A stretch of DNA of 62,918 nt, counting the filler, from Octopus bimaculoides (Eukaryota), in the NCBI RefSeq assembly GCF_001194135.2. It is 4 parts of 3 records of this genome, joined end to end, with 100 filler letters (N's around TTAATTAATTAA, not from the genome) between each part and the next. Parts side by side here need not be neighbours in the genome. Positions count along the whole stretch, not along the records: positions 17,539 to 36,448 come from NC_068996.1; 3 more parts are not named here. The stretch is one strand, 5' to 3'. Below are positions 23,270 through 34,548 of this stretch, piece after piece. Made by a program: the position numbers and the translations under genes. Position 1 is the stretch's first letter. Every line of letters starts with the position of its first letter. Below the pieces are notes generated by a model. That model had not been told where the DNA came from, made no database searches, and saw nothing but the letters and a program-made list of their open reading frames with translations.

Positions 23270-24145
23270 GCAGAATGTGAGGGCGTATCTAAGACGTATT
23301 CCCTCATAACACCCACTTACATACCCATCCTATGGGATACCCAACATACTCATGGCTACTAACAACAGGGTCACTTCTGTCACAGGTGTCCATCAGGGTG
23401 ACCCTCTTGGCTCGCTCTTTTTTGCTTTGGCTGTCGTTGATGTTACCCGATCGTTCCGCTCACCCTTCAATATCTGGTACCTGGATGACGCAACCCTAAG
23501 TGACTCAGCCGAGTCTGTAGTTAGGGACCAGCCCTAAAGCTTCTTGGGCTTGAGATCAACCCGCCCAGGTCGGAGGTAATAACTGTGAGCTATGTGAGGC
23601 TGAATTCCAGGACGCCGTCTTGGCGAGAGCTCAGCTGATGCCAAGAGACACTGTCTCTATACTTGATTCCCCAATCTTCCCGAAAACCCTAAGAGAGTGC
23701 CTAGAAACTAAGATTGCGGACCTGATTAGAATGACGGAGAGATTACACCTTGCTGATGCGCACACGACGCTCTTACTCTTGGGGAGTTGCTTCACCCTGC
23801 TCTAAGCTCTTTTTCTCGCTACGCAATACACCACATCACCTCACATATCGCCTGTTAAAATCGATGCCAACATCCGGAGCTGTGATGAATTGATTTGGTA
23901 TCGCCGCCTGTAATGCAGAAAAGTTAGACAAATTCCGAAACCTGAACGGCTGCTGTTTGTTTGAGACGATCGCCGTCGAGGCCTCGGGTATTCACGTATC
24001 CTGCGTTGCTGCTTTCCTCCGCAAAATCGAGATGATAGCGGCCCGTATGAGAAATGAACCCTCGTGAGGTGAGGGTGACTCTTGCAGCTAGTGTTGCGAG
24101 CCATTCTCCGCAGCAATGCATTTGCAGTTATGTCCACGTGGTGCA
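23270..24145 (+). mobile_element. CRE-clade non-LTR retrotransposon relic (RT plus RLE C-terminus)
   Basis: TGVHQGDPLGSLFFALAV..FNIWYLDDATL and C-terminal VEASG..LLQLVLRAILRSNAFAVM. These match remembered CRE-type motifs QQGDPLG/WYLDD and QRLSxAxQRGNA. Stops and deletions present. Confidence 0.75.
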
Positions 24146-25028
24146 GCTGAACACAGCAATCGAACCGGAATGTACAACCAGCGCTGGATTAACTATTAAG
24201 CAAAATAAGTACGTGCTTATGACATCAAGGGAATGGGAAGGCACCACAGAAATGGTAAATAATTTACGGCACAAAAGGAATCACTTTAAACTTGCTAAAA
24301 TAATATTCAAAGTGGTTTGTATGATCGTAAAATGTAATTTCAAAGTGTTCATAATGTTATAGTGAGGATCTGATCAAAGACTTTGCAATTGAAAATAGTA
24401 ATAAACTCTTCTAATATAAATAGTGAAAGTATACCAGAAAAAAAAAAAGTCATTTTCATCTTACAATTAGTTTCGTTTCACTTTGAAAAACTAAAAATTT
24501 ATTTATGGTTTATTATTGTTTATATTTTTAATTACATATGCATATGAGGGCACCAGAATATTTTAAGTACTATAGTACTTTATGGGTCTTAATCCGGCCC
24601 TGCTTTCAACCCCCACCTTTTGCTACTTAATCTCCCCTCACATTTTTTTTTCTTCTTAATCTTTGTTTCCTTGTTGAAGTAACTGTTTTTGTTTTTTACT
24701 TATTTTTTCACAATAATTTAATCTTTTATACTTTAATTTTTTTTTCTTCCAGTAAAAATATGTTACTAAATAAAAATTCTTTCTGCAATGGACAACAAAC
24801 TTAAATTGAAAAAGGAAAAGAGAGAAAACAAGAAAAAGAATCAAAGCGAAAACTTGTATTACAATTTTCAGAATTTAATACAAGTCACAAATCCCGTCCG
24901 ATTTATCTCCCTTGCAGATGGCAGGAATGCATCGCGGTTCTTCACCACATAAATTAACACACTTTTTGCTAACTGCATGCATGTGTATCATCATCCACCA
25001 GCACCATCATCATCTTTCTATGCATATA

Positions 25029-25414
25029 CAAACATACCTCAACTTACGTCATTTTGAGTTACGCTCTTTTTTCTAAAAGAAATAGAAGCCTAAACTTCAG
25101 TCAATTTAACAGCAAACATATTTAAAAAGCACAGTTAAAAAATTAAAAAAACTATCTAAAATATAATACTGAAGTGGAAAATAAAATAAAATACGCGAGA
25201 AAATATCCAAAGAATAAGTCCTGGGGTCGATTTGCTCGACTAAAGGTGGTGCTCCAGCATGGCCACAGTCAAATGATTGAAACAAGTAAAAGAGTAAACC
25301 ATTTATTAAAACAGATACAAGTTAATAATTAAAAAAAAATTTTTTTGAATGTTATATTGTTTTTCGAGTTAATTCGCTTGGAACCCATTACGGACGTAAG
25401 TTGAGGTGTGCCTG
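25029..25414. mobile_element. Tigger/pogo-like MITE with a SINE-A tail fragment inside (~25212-25298)
   Basis: TA|CAAACATACCTCAACTTACGTC...GACGTAAGTTGAGGTGTGCCTG|TA. Confidence 0.7.
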
Positions 25415-26183
25415 TATATATTTGCATAATATATAATTATACAGACATATATTTATATACACACATTTGGATTTATAAATAATAGGAAAAGTGTTAATTA
25501 ACAATAAAGCAACAATATTTATGTACAAAAAGAGATTTACGTTTTAATTTACTGCTTTCACTTTCGATTTTTATTCACAGAATACTGCTTAGAAAATGTA
25601 AACATGTAGACACATTTCGTGTGCATTTGTGTGTATATATATATATATATGAGTATTTATGTAAGTATGGATCTGGCCAGATTTTCAACAATTTTTTTTT
25701 TTTTTTAGCAGTCGATTTTACGGAAAATATACTGGGCAATCCTTCGGAGATGGTATGTCAAAACTGAAACTATTCAGCAATTTTCGTAAATCTTTTTTAT
25801 TTCTTTAATTCATTTCAGCTAAATTGCTTATGCTTATGTATTTTTTGTGTATGAATGTGTGTGTGTAAGTATATGTATATATACATACAAAAATATACAT
25901 ACACGTTCATAAACACATGCGCACATATACTTACATACACAAATATGCATACATACATGCATACACGAATATACCTGTTCATAAACACATGCATATACTT
26001 ACATACACAAGTATACATACATACAAACACATATATACATGCACAAAAAGTACACAGACGTTAGTGGTTCAGCTGAAAAAGAAATTAAAGAGATGAGCAT
26101 TTTCTATGGAAATTAACCAAATAGATTCAGTTTTGATATACTATCTCTGAAGGATTACCATAGGTTGTACTAAAATATATTTA

Positions 26184-27416
26184 CAGGGTGGATAGAAAGT
26201 AACTAGGCATTAGAAATTGCTTATAGAATTTTTAGTATCACTAAAGCCATGACGAAAACATTTTTTAAACAGACAGCACTAATGAGGATTTCTTATTTCT
26301 TATTGTCTTATTTCTAATTTCTTATTTTCCAGATTGCCAGTTGCTTAACTGTTCAGGAGCAAACTAAGATAGCAGCACGCTATGAAGTGTGGAATTCCGT
26401 TGTTTTGGTTCAGAGATGGTGGCATGCATGGAAAGGTAAGCATGCAACACTACGTCTGGAGACAATAAAGAGTTGTCATGCAAAGCTGATGACCATGAGC
26501 TCTGTGAACAATGCAAGAAGTGGCTGACCTACCACATCCCAATCAGCGGAGAACGTGGCAACAAAAATCAACACATCAAGCAGCTCATGAAAGTGGACTA
26601 GCAAGACACACAATACATATGGTGTTGCATAAAGAATTGAATTTTCATCCATTACATGCAGGAACTAAAACCTGAGGACTGTGACCACAGAAGTCCAGAA
26701 CTCCAAGATGTCCAGATCTCACTCCATGTGTTTAGAAATAATACATTTCTAAATCTCTCAGAGAGATTTATGCAGTAGTGATACGATGAAGTAGTTGTAT
26801 GCTGTCAACTTAATGTGACAGTCCCCTGAAGGGAATAATACTACTGTTGTTTAGACCTAGGAAGCTGCACCGCTTCCTGTCGGCCTTGACACATTTCCTG
26901 TGTCCTTATGTTTACAAGGGGGAGACAAGCACCTCCACCCAGCTAAGCCTGCATCCAGAGACATGTTTCTGAGTCTTTGCTCGTCATCAGTCTGGAGAAA
27001 CATGTCTCTGGATGCAGGCTTGGCTGGGTGGAGGTGTTTGTCTCCCCCTTGTAAACATAAGGACTGTCACATTAAGTTGACAGTATACAACTACTTCACT
27101 CCATGTGATTTTTACCTGCAGGGTTACACAAAAGAGGTGTACAAGACAAAACCTTATACACGGGAGGGCTTGCAGACATGGATTCAGGAGGTCCTCAATG
27201 ATATCCCAGACGACGTCCTTCAGAAGTTTGTCCATTCCATCCCTGGCCGTTTGAGGAATCTGGTTGATGCCACCAGTGCTTACATTGAAATATGAAGATT
27301 TACTTTCATTTTCCTATGTAATAAAGAACATGTATCATTTGTCTCCAATAAGTTTGTAAAAGGAATATAGATTTTATTTCCAATTTTTAATGCTTACTTA
27401 CTTTTCGCCCACCCTG
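26184..27416 (+). mobile_element. Tc1/mariner-superfamily element, internally rearranged
   Basis: TA|CAGGGTGGATAGAAAGTAAC...TTACTTTTCGCCCACCCTG|TA. HTH-like ESGLARHTIHMVLHKELNFHP. C-terminal FTPCDFYLQGY..IPGRLRNLVDATSAYIEI*. Confidence 0.9.
26787..27098. repeat. Nested long inverted repeat (hairpin) inside the mariner element
   Basis: Inner arms 26902-26970 / 26996-27064 (67/69, 25-nt loop). Outer arms 26787-26824 / 27061-27098 (37/38). Confidence 0.95.
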
Positions 27417-27429
27417 TATATACATATGC

Positions 27430-27840
27430 GTATCTTTCACTTGATTGTCATCGGACTGTTGCCATGCTGGGGTACTGTTTTTGAGTGGATTAGTTAAACA
27501 AATCAGCCCCGGTACTTGGGTCTTTTTTCTTTGAGTTTGGTATTTATTCTATCAGCTTCCTTTGTCAGACTGCTATGTTATGGGAATGTAAGCAAACTAA
27601 CATCAGTTACCAAGTTGGGGCAAATGTCACATACACATGCACGCACACATACACACAGACACACATTCAAAGAAGTCACGGGCTTCTTTCAGTTTCTGCC
27701 TACAAAATCCACCTATAAAGCTTTAGTCGACCTGGGGCTGTAGTAGAAGACATTTGTCCATTGTGCCACACAATGAACTGAACTCAGAACCATACGATTG
27801 GGAAGCAAACTTCTTACCGCACAGCCATGTCTATGCCTAC
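27430..27840 (-). mobile_element. SINE family A, bipartite degenerate copy
   Basis: Reverse-complement head at ~27670-27840, (CA)n spacer, 3' module at ~27430-27640. Confidence 0.65.
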
Positions 27841-28243
27841 GCCTCTTATTTTGAATGATGGTAAAGAATTTTTAATTAATTAAAATCTTGCAGTAGGGAG
27901 AGAAAAATAATTGAATTAATGAATAGTTCTGGTTGATATGCAAAGATAAAAGAAAATTAAAAAAAGAAAGAGAGACAACCTCCTAATTCTAATAAATTTA
28001 TCAATTAGATTACAGTATGGGGAAAGTGAGCTTGATCTATTAGCAAATGCAATGACAACTCAGGATATGTTTCTGCTTTATTGTATCTCCTCAGTGAAGG
28101 ATAGTCTGATTGTACTTGCAGTTTGATTGAGTGAATACTGAGTGGTGTGACACATTGGAACAATGAGTGGGTGAAAACACTCAGAGACATCTGCTGCATG
28201 ACTAAGAAATGATGAAGCCAGAACAAATATTTTTCTTTTTTTA

Positions 28244-28341
28244 TTTGGCAGTACATATACTAAAATTGGAACGATACGGAGAAAACTAGCATGGCCCCTG
28301 CGCAAGGATGACACGCAAATTCGTGAAGCGTTCCATATTTT
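28244..28341 (+). pseudogene. U6: U6 snRNA pseudogene, 5'-truncated (~nt 9-106)
   Basis: TTTGGCAGTACATATACTAAAATTGGAACGATACGGAGAAAACTAGCATGGCCCCTGCGCAAGGATGACACGCAAATTCGTGAAGCGTTCCATATTTT has 5 differences in 98 nt against the remembered vertebrate U6. ACAGAGA box mutated; 5' stem-loop incomplete; no evident PSE/TATA upstream. Confidence 0.95.
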
Positions 28342-28345
28342 CTAT

Positions 28346-28508
28346 AGGCGCAGGAGTGGCTGTGTGGTAAGCAGCTTGCTTACCAACCACATGGTTCCAG
28401 ATTCAGTCCCACTGTGTGGCACCTTGGGCAAGTGTCTTCAACTATAGCCTCAGGCCGACCAAAGATTTGTGAGAGGATTTGGTAGACAGAAACTGAAAGA
28501 AGCCTGTC

Positions 28509-28560
<52 letters not shown>

Positions 28561-28764
28561 TTGTGTGTCTGTGTTTGCCCCCCCACCATCGCTTGACAAC
28601 CAATGCTGGTGTGTTTACGTCCCTGTAACTTAGTGGTTCGGCAAAAAGAGACCGATAGAATAAGTACTAGGCTTACAAAGAATAAGTCTTGGGGTCGATT
28701 TTCTCGACTAAAGGCGGTGCTCCAGCATGGCCGCAGTCAAATGACTGAAACAAGTAAAAGAGTA
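28346..28764 (+). mobile_element. SINE family A, full bipartite copy (head, CORE-like part, internal (TA)n(TG)n, 3' module)
   Basis: AGGCGCAGGAGTGGCTGTGTGG.. through ..GACTGAAACAAGTAAAAGAGTA; colinear with 46943-47340. Confidence 0.9.
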
Positions 28765-29469
28765 GTATATAAGATGTGTTTCACAATTCCACAATGTTGC
28801 ACCAGAAATCTTGCATAGCACTGTGAGATGCACTTTGGATTCTCAATTTCATCTTAACATGTCTGTGCCAATAACTATGAATGTGATTGAGTGGTCTGCA
28901 GAAGTATCCAGAATATGATATCTGATATATCTTGTTGTTTAGTAAGAGAGCAGTAACCAGCAAATCCTTTCTGCATTGAATAACAATAGAAGAGATGGGT
29001 GGAATATGTTTGTAAATCTTGTCTTTGGTCTTGTGCTCATACTACAAGATGTTTTATGCTCTCATTAGAAGGCTAGTCTAAGTACCATCAGTATGATCTT
29101 CAAGTTCTCTCTTCATAATCCAAGTTTCAGCTGTTGCAGAAAAGATTGGTCTCAACATCATACCTTGTTAACTTTGAAATACTCAATAGTCAAATGTTTT
29201 GAAACTTGTTTCAGCCATTCCAAGCCAATCCTTTGCCGATAAAGCAACTTTTTTTCATATTGTCAGCAACTTACAACCCAAAGTATAAACACATTAGATG
29301 TAGTGAAGTAAATATTTTAATTATTTCAAATCAAAACTATGAAAGGAAAATAAATTAGTTGAGTGAGACAAACTCCATAGCATTCTGACTACTCTGTCAA
29401 ATGTAATACTCATTTATTCACATTGTTTTTAATTAATCATGCATGATTTCATAGTTTCAAGATTTCAAT

Positions 29470-29790
29470 GATGTCATCATCATCGTCATCACTATCATCA
29501 TCATCATTTAACGTCTGCTTTCCATGCTGGCATGGGTTAGACTGTTTGACTGGAACTCGTAAGCTGGAGAGCTGTACCAGGTTCCAATCTGATTTGGCAT
29601 GGTTTCTATGGCTGGATTCCCTTCGTAATGCCAACCACTTGAAGAGTTCAATAGGTACTCTTTATGTGCCACCAGCATGGGTGCCAGTTACATGACAATC
29701 AAAAATGGCCACGACTATGATTTCACAGGTCCCATTTACATAACACTGGAACAGCCATGACAATGGTCTCACTTGGCTTGACAAGTCTTC
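29470..29790 (-). mobile_element. Repeat family B copy
   Basis: (CAT)n TTTAACGTCTGCTTTCCATGCTGGCATGGG..GCTGGATTCCCTTCGTAATGCCAACC. Confidence 0.75.
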
Positions 29791-30419
29791 TCGAGCACAG
29801 TATTGCCGGAAAATTTGGAAACATGGGAAGGAATAGAAGTGGAAATTTATCAGGTGTGGAATTGGCTATGAACGACATTTTTGTGTAGGTACAAAAGGCT
29901 GAACTTAGCCATTTTGAACTCAGTCACAGCCATTTTGGCCCGATATGGCTGGTTTAAATGTTAAAGGGTTAATGATCAATTAATTCTGTACTCAGTTTAT
30001 ATCTTCCATATTTGTGTTTGTAAATTACATTAGTCACCTAAACTTTATTCAGCAACTTCCAGACATTTTTTGTGGTTTGTTGCCGATTAGAAATTTAATA
30101 TTCATGTTCACTTTGTGTACTTGTAATGTATTATTCATGGTATTTTGTAATTAGATATAACTCATGTTTCTACCTGTTGTTTAATGAGTATTATAATTTT
30201 GATGACTTGTTGTATTGTAGTAATTCCCAACCTTTTCGCCAGCAAGAACCCTCTTTTATTCAAATGAATTTTCCCAGGGACCTCAGGCTTATGAAATCTT
30301 TCTCTCTCCACCCCACCCCCACTCAATAAACTGATTTTATTAACATACAACAAACTTGTTTTCCTAGTTTCCTTACTCAGTTGAAAGATATATGTCACTG
30401 AATAATAATAGTTATTATT

Positions 30420-30571
30420 ATTTGTGGTTAAGAAATTTCCTTCATGATTTCAGGTTCAGTTCCACTGTGTGGCACTTTGGGCAAGTATTTTTATTACAGG
30501 CCTTGGCCAACCAAAGCTTTGTGAGTGGATTTAGAAGATAGCGACTGAAAAAAGCCCATCACACGCACACG

Positions 30572-30606
<35 letters not shown>

Positions 30607-30785
30607 GATTAATGTCTGCCTTCCATGCTGGTATTGGTGGAACGGTTTGAAATGAGCCAGACAGGCAGAAGCCACGCACCAGACTTCTGCAACTGTTTTG
30701 GCAGGATTTTTACAGCTGAATGCAGCTTCCTAACACCAGTCACTCAGCAGAGTGGACTTACTGCTTTTTATGTAACACAAGCACA
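30420..30785. mobile_element. SINE A (+, ~30420-30562) abutting a family B copy (-, ~30572-30785)
   Basis: Both diagnostic blocks present, joined at a (CAT)n run. Confidence 0.65.
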
Positions 30786-31584
30786 ATTGAAGCAATACAC
30801 ACACACACATGTACACACATACACACACACACACACACCTATTTCTGTATATATGATTTACATATTTACGTATGTGTGTGTATGAGTGTTTATATGTTTG
30901 TGTCTCCTTGTCTTGACATCATGTGGTAGTTGTAGATGATTATCATCCATTTCCAGTGTTCTGCCAAAACATTTCTGGCCATGGGGAATGGAAACAAATT
31001 AAGGGTTGATGACAGGAAGAGGCATCCAGCCTTAGAAAATCTACCTCAATAACCTCTGTCGGACCCAAGCAAGCATGAGAAAGTGGAGATAAAAATTGAT
31101 GATGAAGGTTATGGCTACTGTGGCAGCAGCAGTTGGACAACAACAACAGTGATGATTGTAGTGGTGGTGCTGCTGATTATGATGATAATAATGATTATGA
31201 TGATGAAGATGATGATGGTGCATAATTATACATATTTCATTATACAATCTTCACCCTCCCATTCTTATTGTATTAGCTTCCTGGACCTCAGGTTTTGAAT
31301 TACTGTTCTGTTCCACTTTATAACCAGAATGCATTTACTTTGTACAGTGTACTGCATATGTGGTTTCTTTGTTTCAGTTTTTTTTTTGTATTACCTTGCA
31401 TTTATTTTGTTGATTTATATTGATTAATTCTCTATTGTTATATAACTTGATCTTGTAAATTTTTGCAACTGTCTATTATATCCTATCAATTTCATCGTTA
31501 TTGTTACTTTTGATTAAGCAGACCATGACCAATCAATTTTTTATTTATTTTTTTATATTTTGTACATGAGCTTGACTTTAAAGG

Positions 31585-31700
31585 CGTGGTTAAGAAGCTC
31601 ACTTTGCAATCATGTAGTTTTGGGTTCAGTCACTGTGTGGCACTTTGTATTGACCAATGCCTTATCAGTGAGTTTGGTAGATGGAAATTGTGAAAACCCA
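31585..31700 (+). mobile_element. SINE family A, degenerate
   Basis: GGCGTGGTTAAGAAGCTC..GGGTTCAGTCACTGTGTGGCAC..TTTGGTAGATGGAAATTG. Confidence 0.55.
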
Positions 31701-31926
31701 TAATGTGTAAGTATACATACATACTTACATACATACTTACATACATACTTACATACATACTCACACACATACACACACACGCACACATACACACACATAC
31801 ATACATACATAATACATACATACATAATACATACATACATACTCACACACATACACACACGCATGCATGCATACACACACACGCACACACACACATACAC
31901 ACATACATACATACATACATACCAAA

Positions 31927-32705
31927 ATAACACAGTTTCATTATGGATGACTTGAAACTTTATACAAAGAATGTGCATGAGATGAAAAAAGCCTTGACCT
32001 AGTTACAACATTCTCAAGTTTGGTCAGGATAAATGTTATTATATGATTGTGAAAAGGGGGAAAATATAAACCAGACTTGCAACATCTCCATCAATGATTT
32101 TGCTGTTCCCCTATATCTGACGGAGAATGTTACAGGTATCTAGGTGTGGATAAAAACATATCTTACAATGGTACCTGTAACAAAACACATGTCACTAAAG
32201 AATATTACTGCCAAATAAAGAAAATTTGGACCTTAGAACTCTCTGCATTCAATAAAACAGTGGCCCACAATGTGTTTGCAGTGCCAATACTCATGCCAAC
32301 ATTTGGGCTACTTGATTGGACACTTGATGAGATCTGAGCTATTGATGTGAAAACCCGAAAAATACTAACGAGCACACATAATTTCCGCATAAACAGTGAC
32401 GTAGACTGCCTCTGTCTAAAATGAAAACAAGGCAGAAGAGGCTTAACATTGTTCCGAAATGCCTTTGAATGTCACACCATATCTCTTCGGCAACACCTTT
32501 TAACCACCAAGTGTCAAAGGTTATCCATTGACCAAGTTTGCATACATGAGGCTGATAACATCATAAGACTTGGAAGGTAGCTCCTTGAGCAACACTTTTT
32601 GTCCGATAACCTAAAATACATGCCCAAAGAAGTTGCCAGACTCTACCGCAACGTATCATCAGATGAAAGGATGAGCCTGTATGAGCAGAAGACTATGCAT
32701 GGATA
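31927..32705 (+). mobile_element. R4/Dong-clade LINE RT fragment
   Basis: FIMDDLKLYTK; YLG; HNVFAVPILMPTFGLLDWTLDEI*AIDVKTRKIL..NSDVDCLCLK*KQGRRGL; ends near KTMHG. Matches remembered R4/Dong RT thumb motifs. Confidence 0.8.
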
Positions 32706-32755
32706 CATACATAAAACATACATATCTGCACATACATACATACATACATACATGT

Positions 32756-32915
32756 AGGCGCGGGCATAACTGTGTGGTTAGGAAGCTTGCTTCCCAGCTA
32801 CATGGTTTCGGGTTCAGTCCCACTGCGTGGAACCTTGGGCAAGTGTCTTCTGCTATAGCGCCAAGCTGACCGAAGCTTTGTGATTGAATTTGGTAGGTGG
32901 AAGTTACTGCCGTGT
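32756..32915 (+). mobile_element. SINE family A
   Basis: AGGCGCGGGCATAACTGTGTGG..GGGTTCAGTCCCACTGCGTGGAACCTTGGGCAAGTGTCTTC. Confidence 0.85.
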
Positions 32916-33057
32916 GTGTATATGTCTGTGTATGTGCTTGTGCCTCTCTCCGAAAGAGAGAGAGAGAGAGAGGGATACATACATACATACATACATACAT
33001 ACATACACACATACAAAAGTACCCTGTTATTGATGTTGAAATTTCAATGAAGGAACC

Positions 33058-33328
33058 TGTGGTATCACGTCAGTGTCTGGGGAGGCTGACCGGAAGGGAA
33101 AAAAGGGCAGAGGGAGCCTCAATCGGGATTCGTGCCCTTTTCGAACGGGGTTGTGGTCAGGACAAGACGTGTTAAGCGACGGTCTAGGTTTGGGAGAAGC
33201 AGCTGCTATTCCTGGTGTACTTTGGGTCGGGGCAAGCTTCAAGGATTGGATACCGCAAGACAGACTCGCAGTCGTGGAAAGGAAAACCGAGGTAAGGCGA
33301 TTACATCTACTCGTATGCACACACCACA
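33058..33328. mobile_element. Solo LTR (271 bp) with 5-bp TSD
   Basis: GAACC|TGTGGT...ACCACA|GAACC (TSD at 33053-33057 and 33329-33333). Interrupts a repeat ending TGAAATAAAACTGAACAATGACATAC. Confidence 0.85.
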
Positions 33329-34051
33329 GAACCTTGGATCTAGGCTGGAAACTAACTCTTTCTCTATTGGAAAGAAATCTTGAAATAAAACTGAACAATG
33401 ACATACATGTATACACAAGTCATAAGGCATACATGCATACACAAATACAAACATACATACATACATAAGACATACATATGTGCATGCATACATACATATA
33501 AACATCCATACATAAAACATATATGCTTACATAAATACATGTGTGTGTGTGTGTACATGTCTGTGATTGTGTTTATTTTCTCACAATGGCTTTACAACTA
33601 GTGTTAGTTTATGTTCCCATATTTCACTGTTTCAGCAAAGACACCGATTGATAAACTACCAAGTTTAAAAATTAGTATTGGAGTCATATGGCTCATATGC
33701 AGGTTTTCTATGATTGGTCATGTGATGGTGTAACACATTGACCAAGTCCGTTGTTGAGACTGGATACGTTAGTTGTCCAATCAAATCATGTGACAGACCA
33801 ACCAAGCACAGCAAAATTTTGTTTGCACTCTGGAACCTTACAGTATCTATAAATAAAGGAATTTCCTCCAATTTAGTTCAGAGAGGAGAGATGTTTTGCA
33901 GGTAGCTTTGACATGCTATGTGTGTTTCTGTTTGCTATGTACCTATAAGCAGAGAGAATGAGAGACTGCAAGAAGTAACATCACATATTTCTATTCCTAT
34001 CTTCCAAGCACACATCACCAAATTTTGACTGATTAGAGAAGCTAATATACT

Positions 34052-34251
34052 CTTTTACTTGTTTCAGTCATTTGACTGTGGCCATGCTGGAGCACTGCCT
34101 TTAGTCGAGTAAATCGACCCCAGGACTTATTCTTTGCAAGCCTAGTACTTATTCTATCGGTCTCTTTTTGCTGAACCGCTAAGTTACGGGAACGTAAACA
34201 CACCAGCATCAGTTGTCAAGCGATGCTGGGGGGACAAACACAGACACACAA

Positions 34252-34285
<34 letters not shown>

Positions 34286-34548
34286 NNNNNNNNNNNNNNN
34301 NNNNNNNNNNNNNNNNNNNNNNNNNNNNNNNNNNNNNNNNNNNNNNNNNNNNNNNNNNNNNNNNNNNNNNTATATATATATACATATATACGACGGGCTT
34401 TTTTCAGTTTCCGTCTACCAAATCCACTCACAAGGCTTTGGTCGATCCGAGGCTATAGTAGAAGACACTTGCCCAAGGTGCCACGCAGTGGGACTGAACC
34501 TGGAACCATGTGGTCTGTAAGCAAGCTACTTACCACACAGCCACTCCT
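34052..34548 (-). mobile_element. SINE family A, full bipartite copy with the gap in its internal microsatellite
   Basis: Exact reverse-complement layout of 28346-28764. Confidence 0.9.

Noticed and set aside
24912-25075. Acceptor-like CTTGCAG|ATG followed by a short His-rich ORF
   Set aside because: Runs into (CAT)n and a Tigger MITE; no supporting exon structure.
28244-28341. Functional U6 gene
   Set aside because: First ~8 nt missing, ACAGAGA box mutated, no recognisable upstream PSE/TATA.
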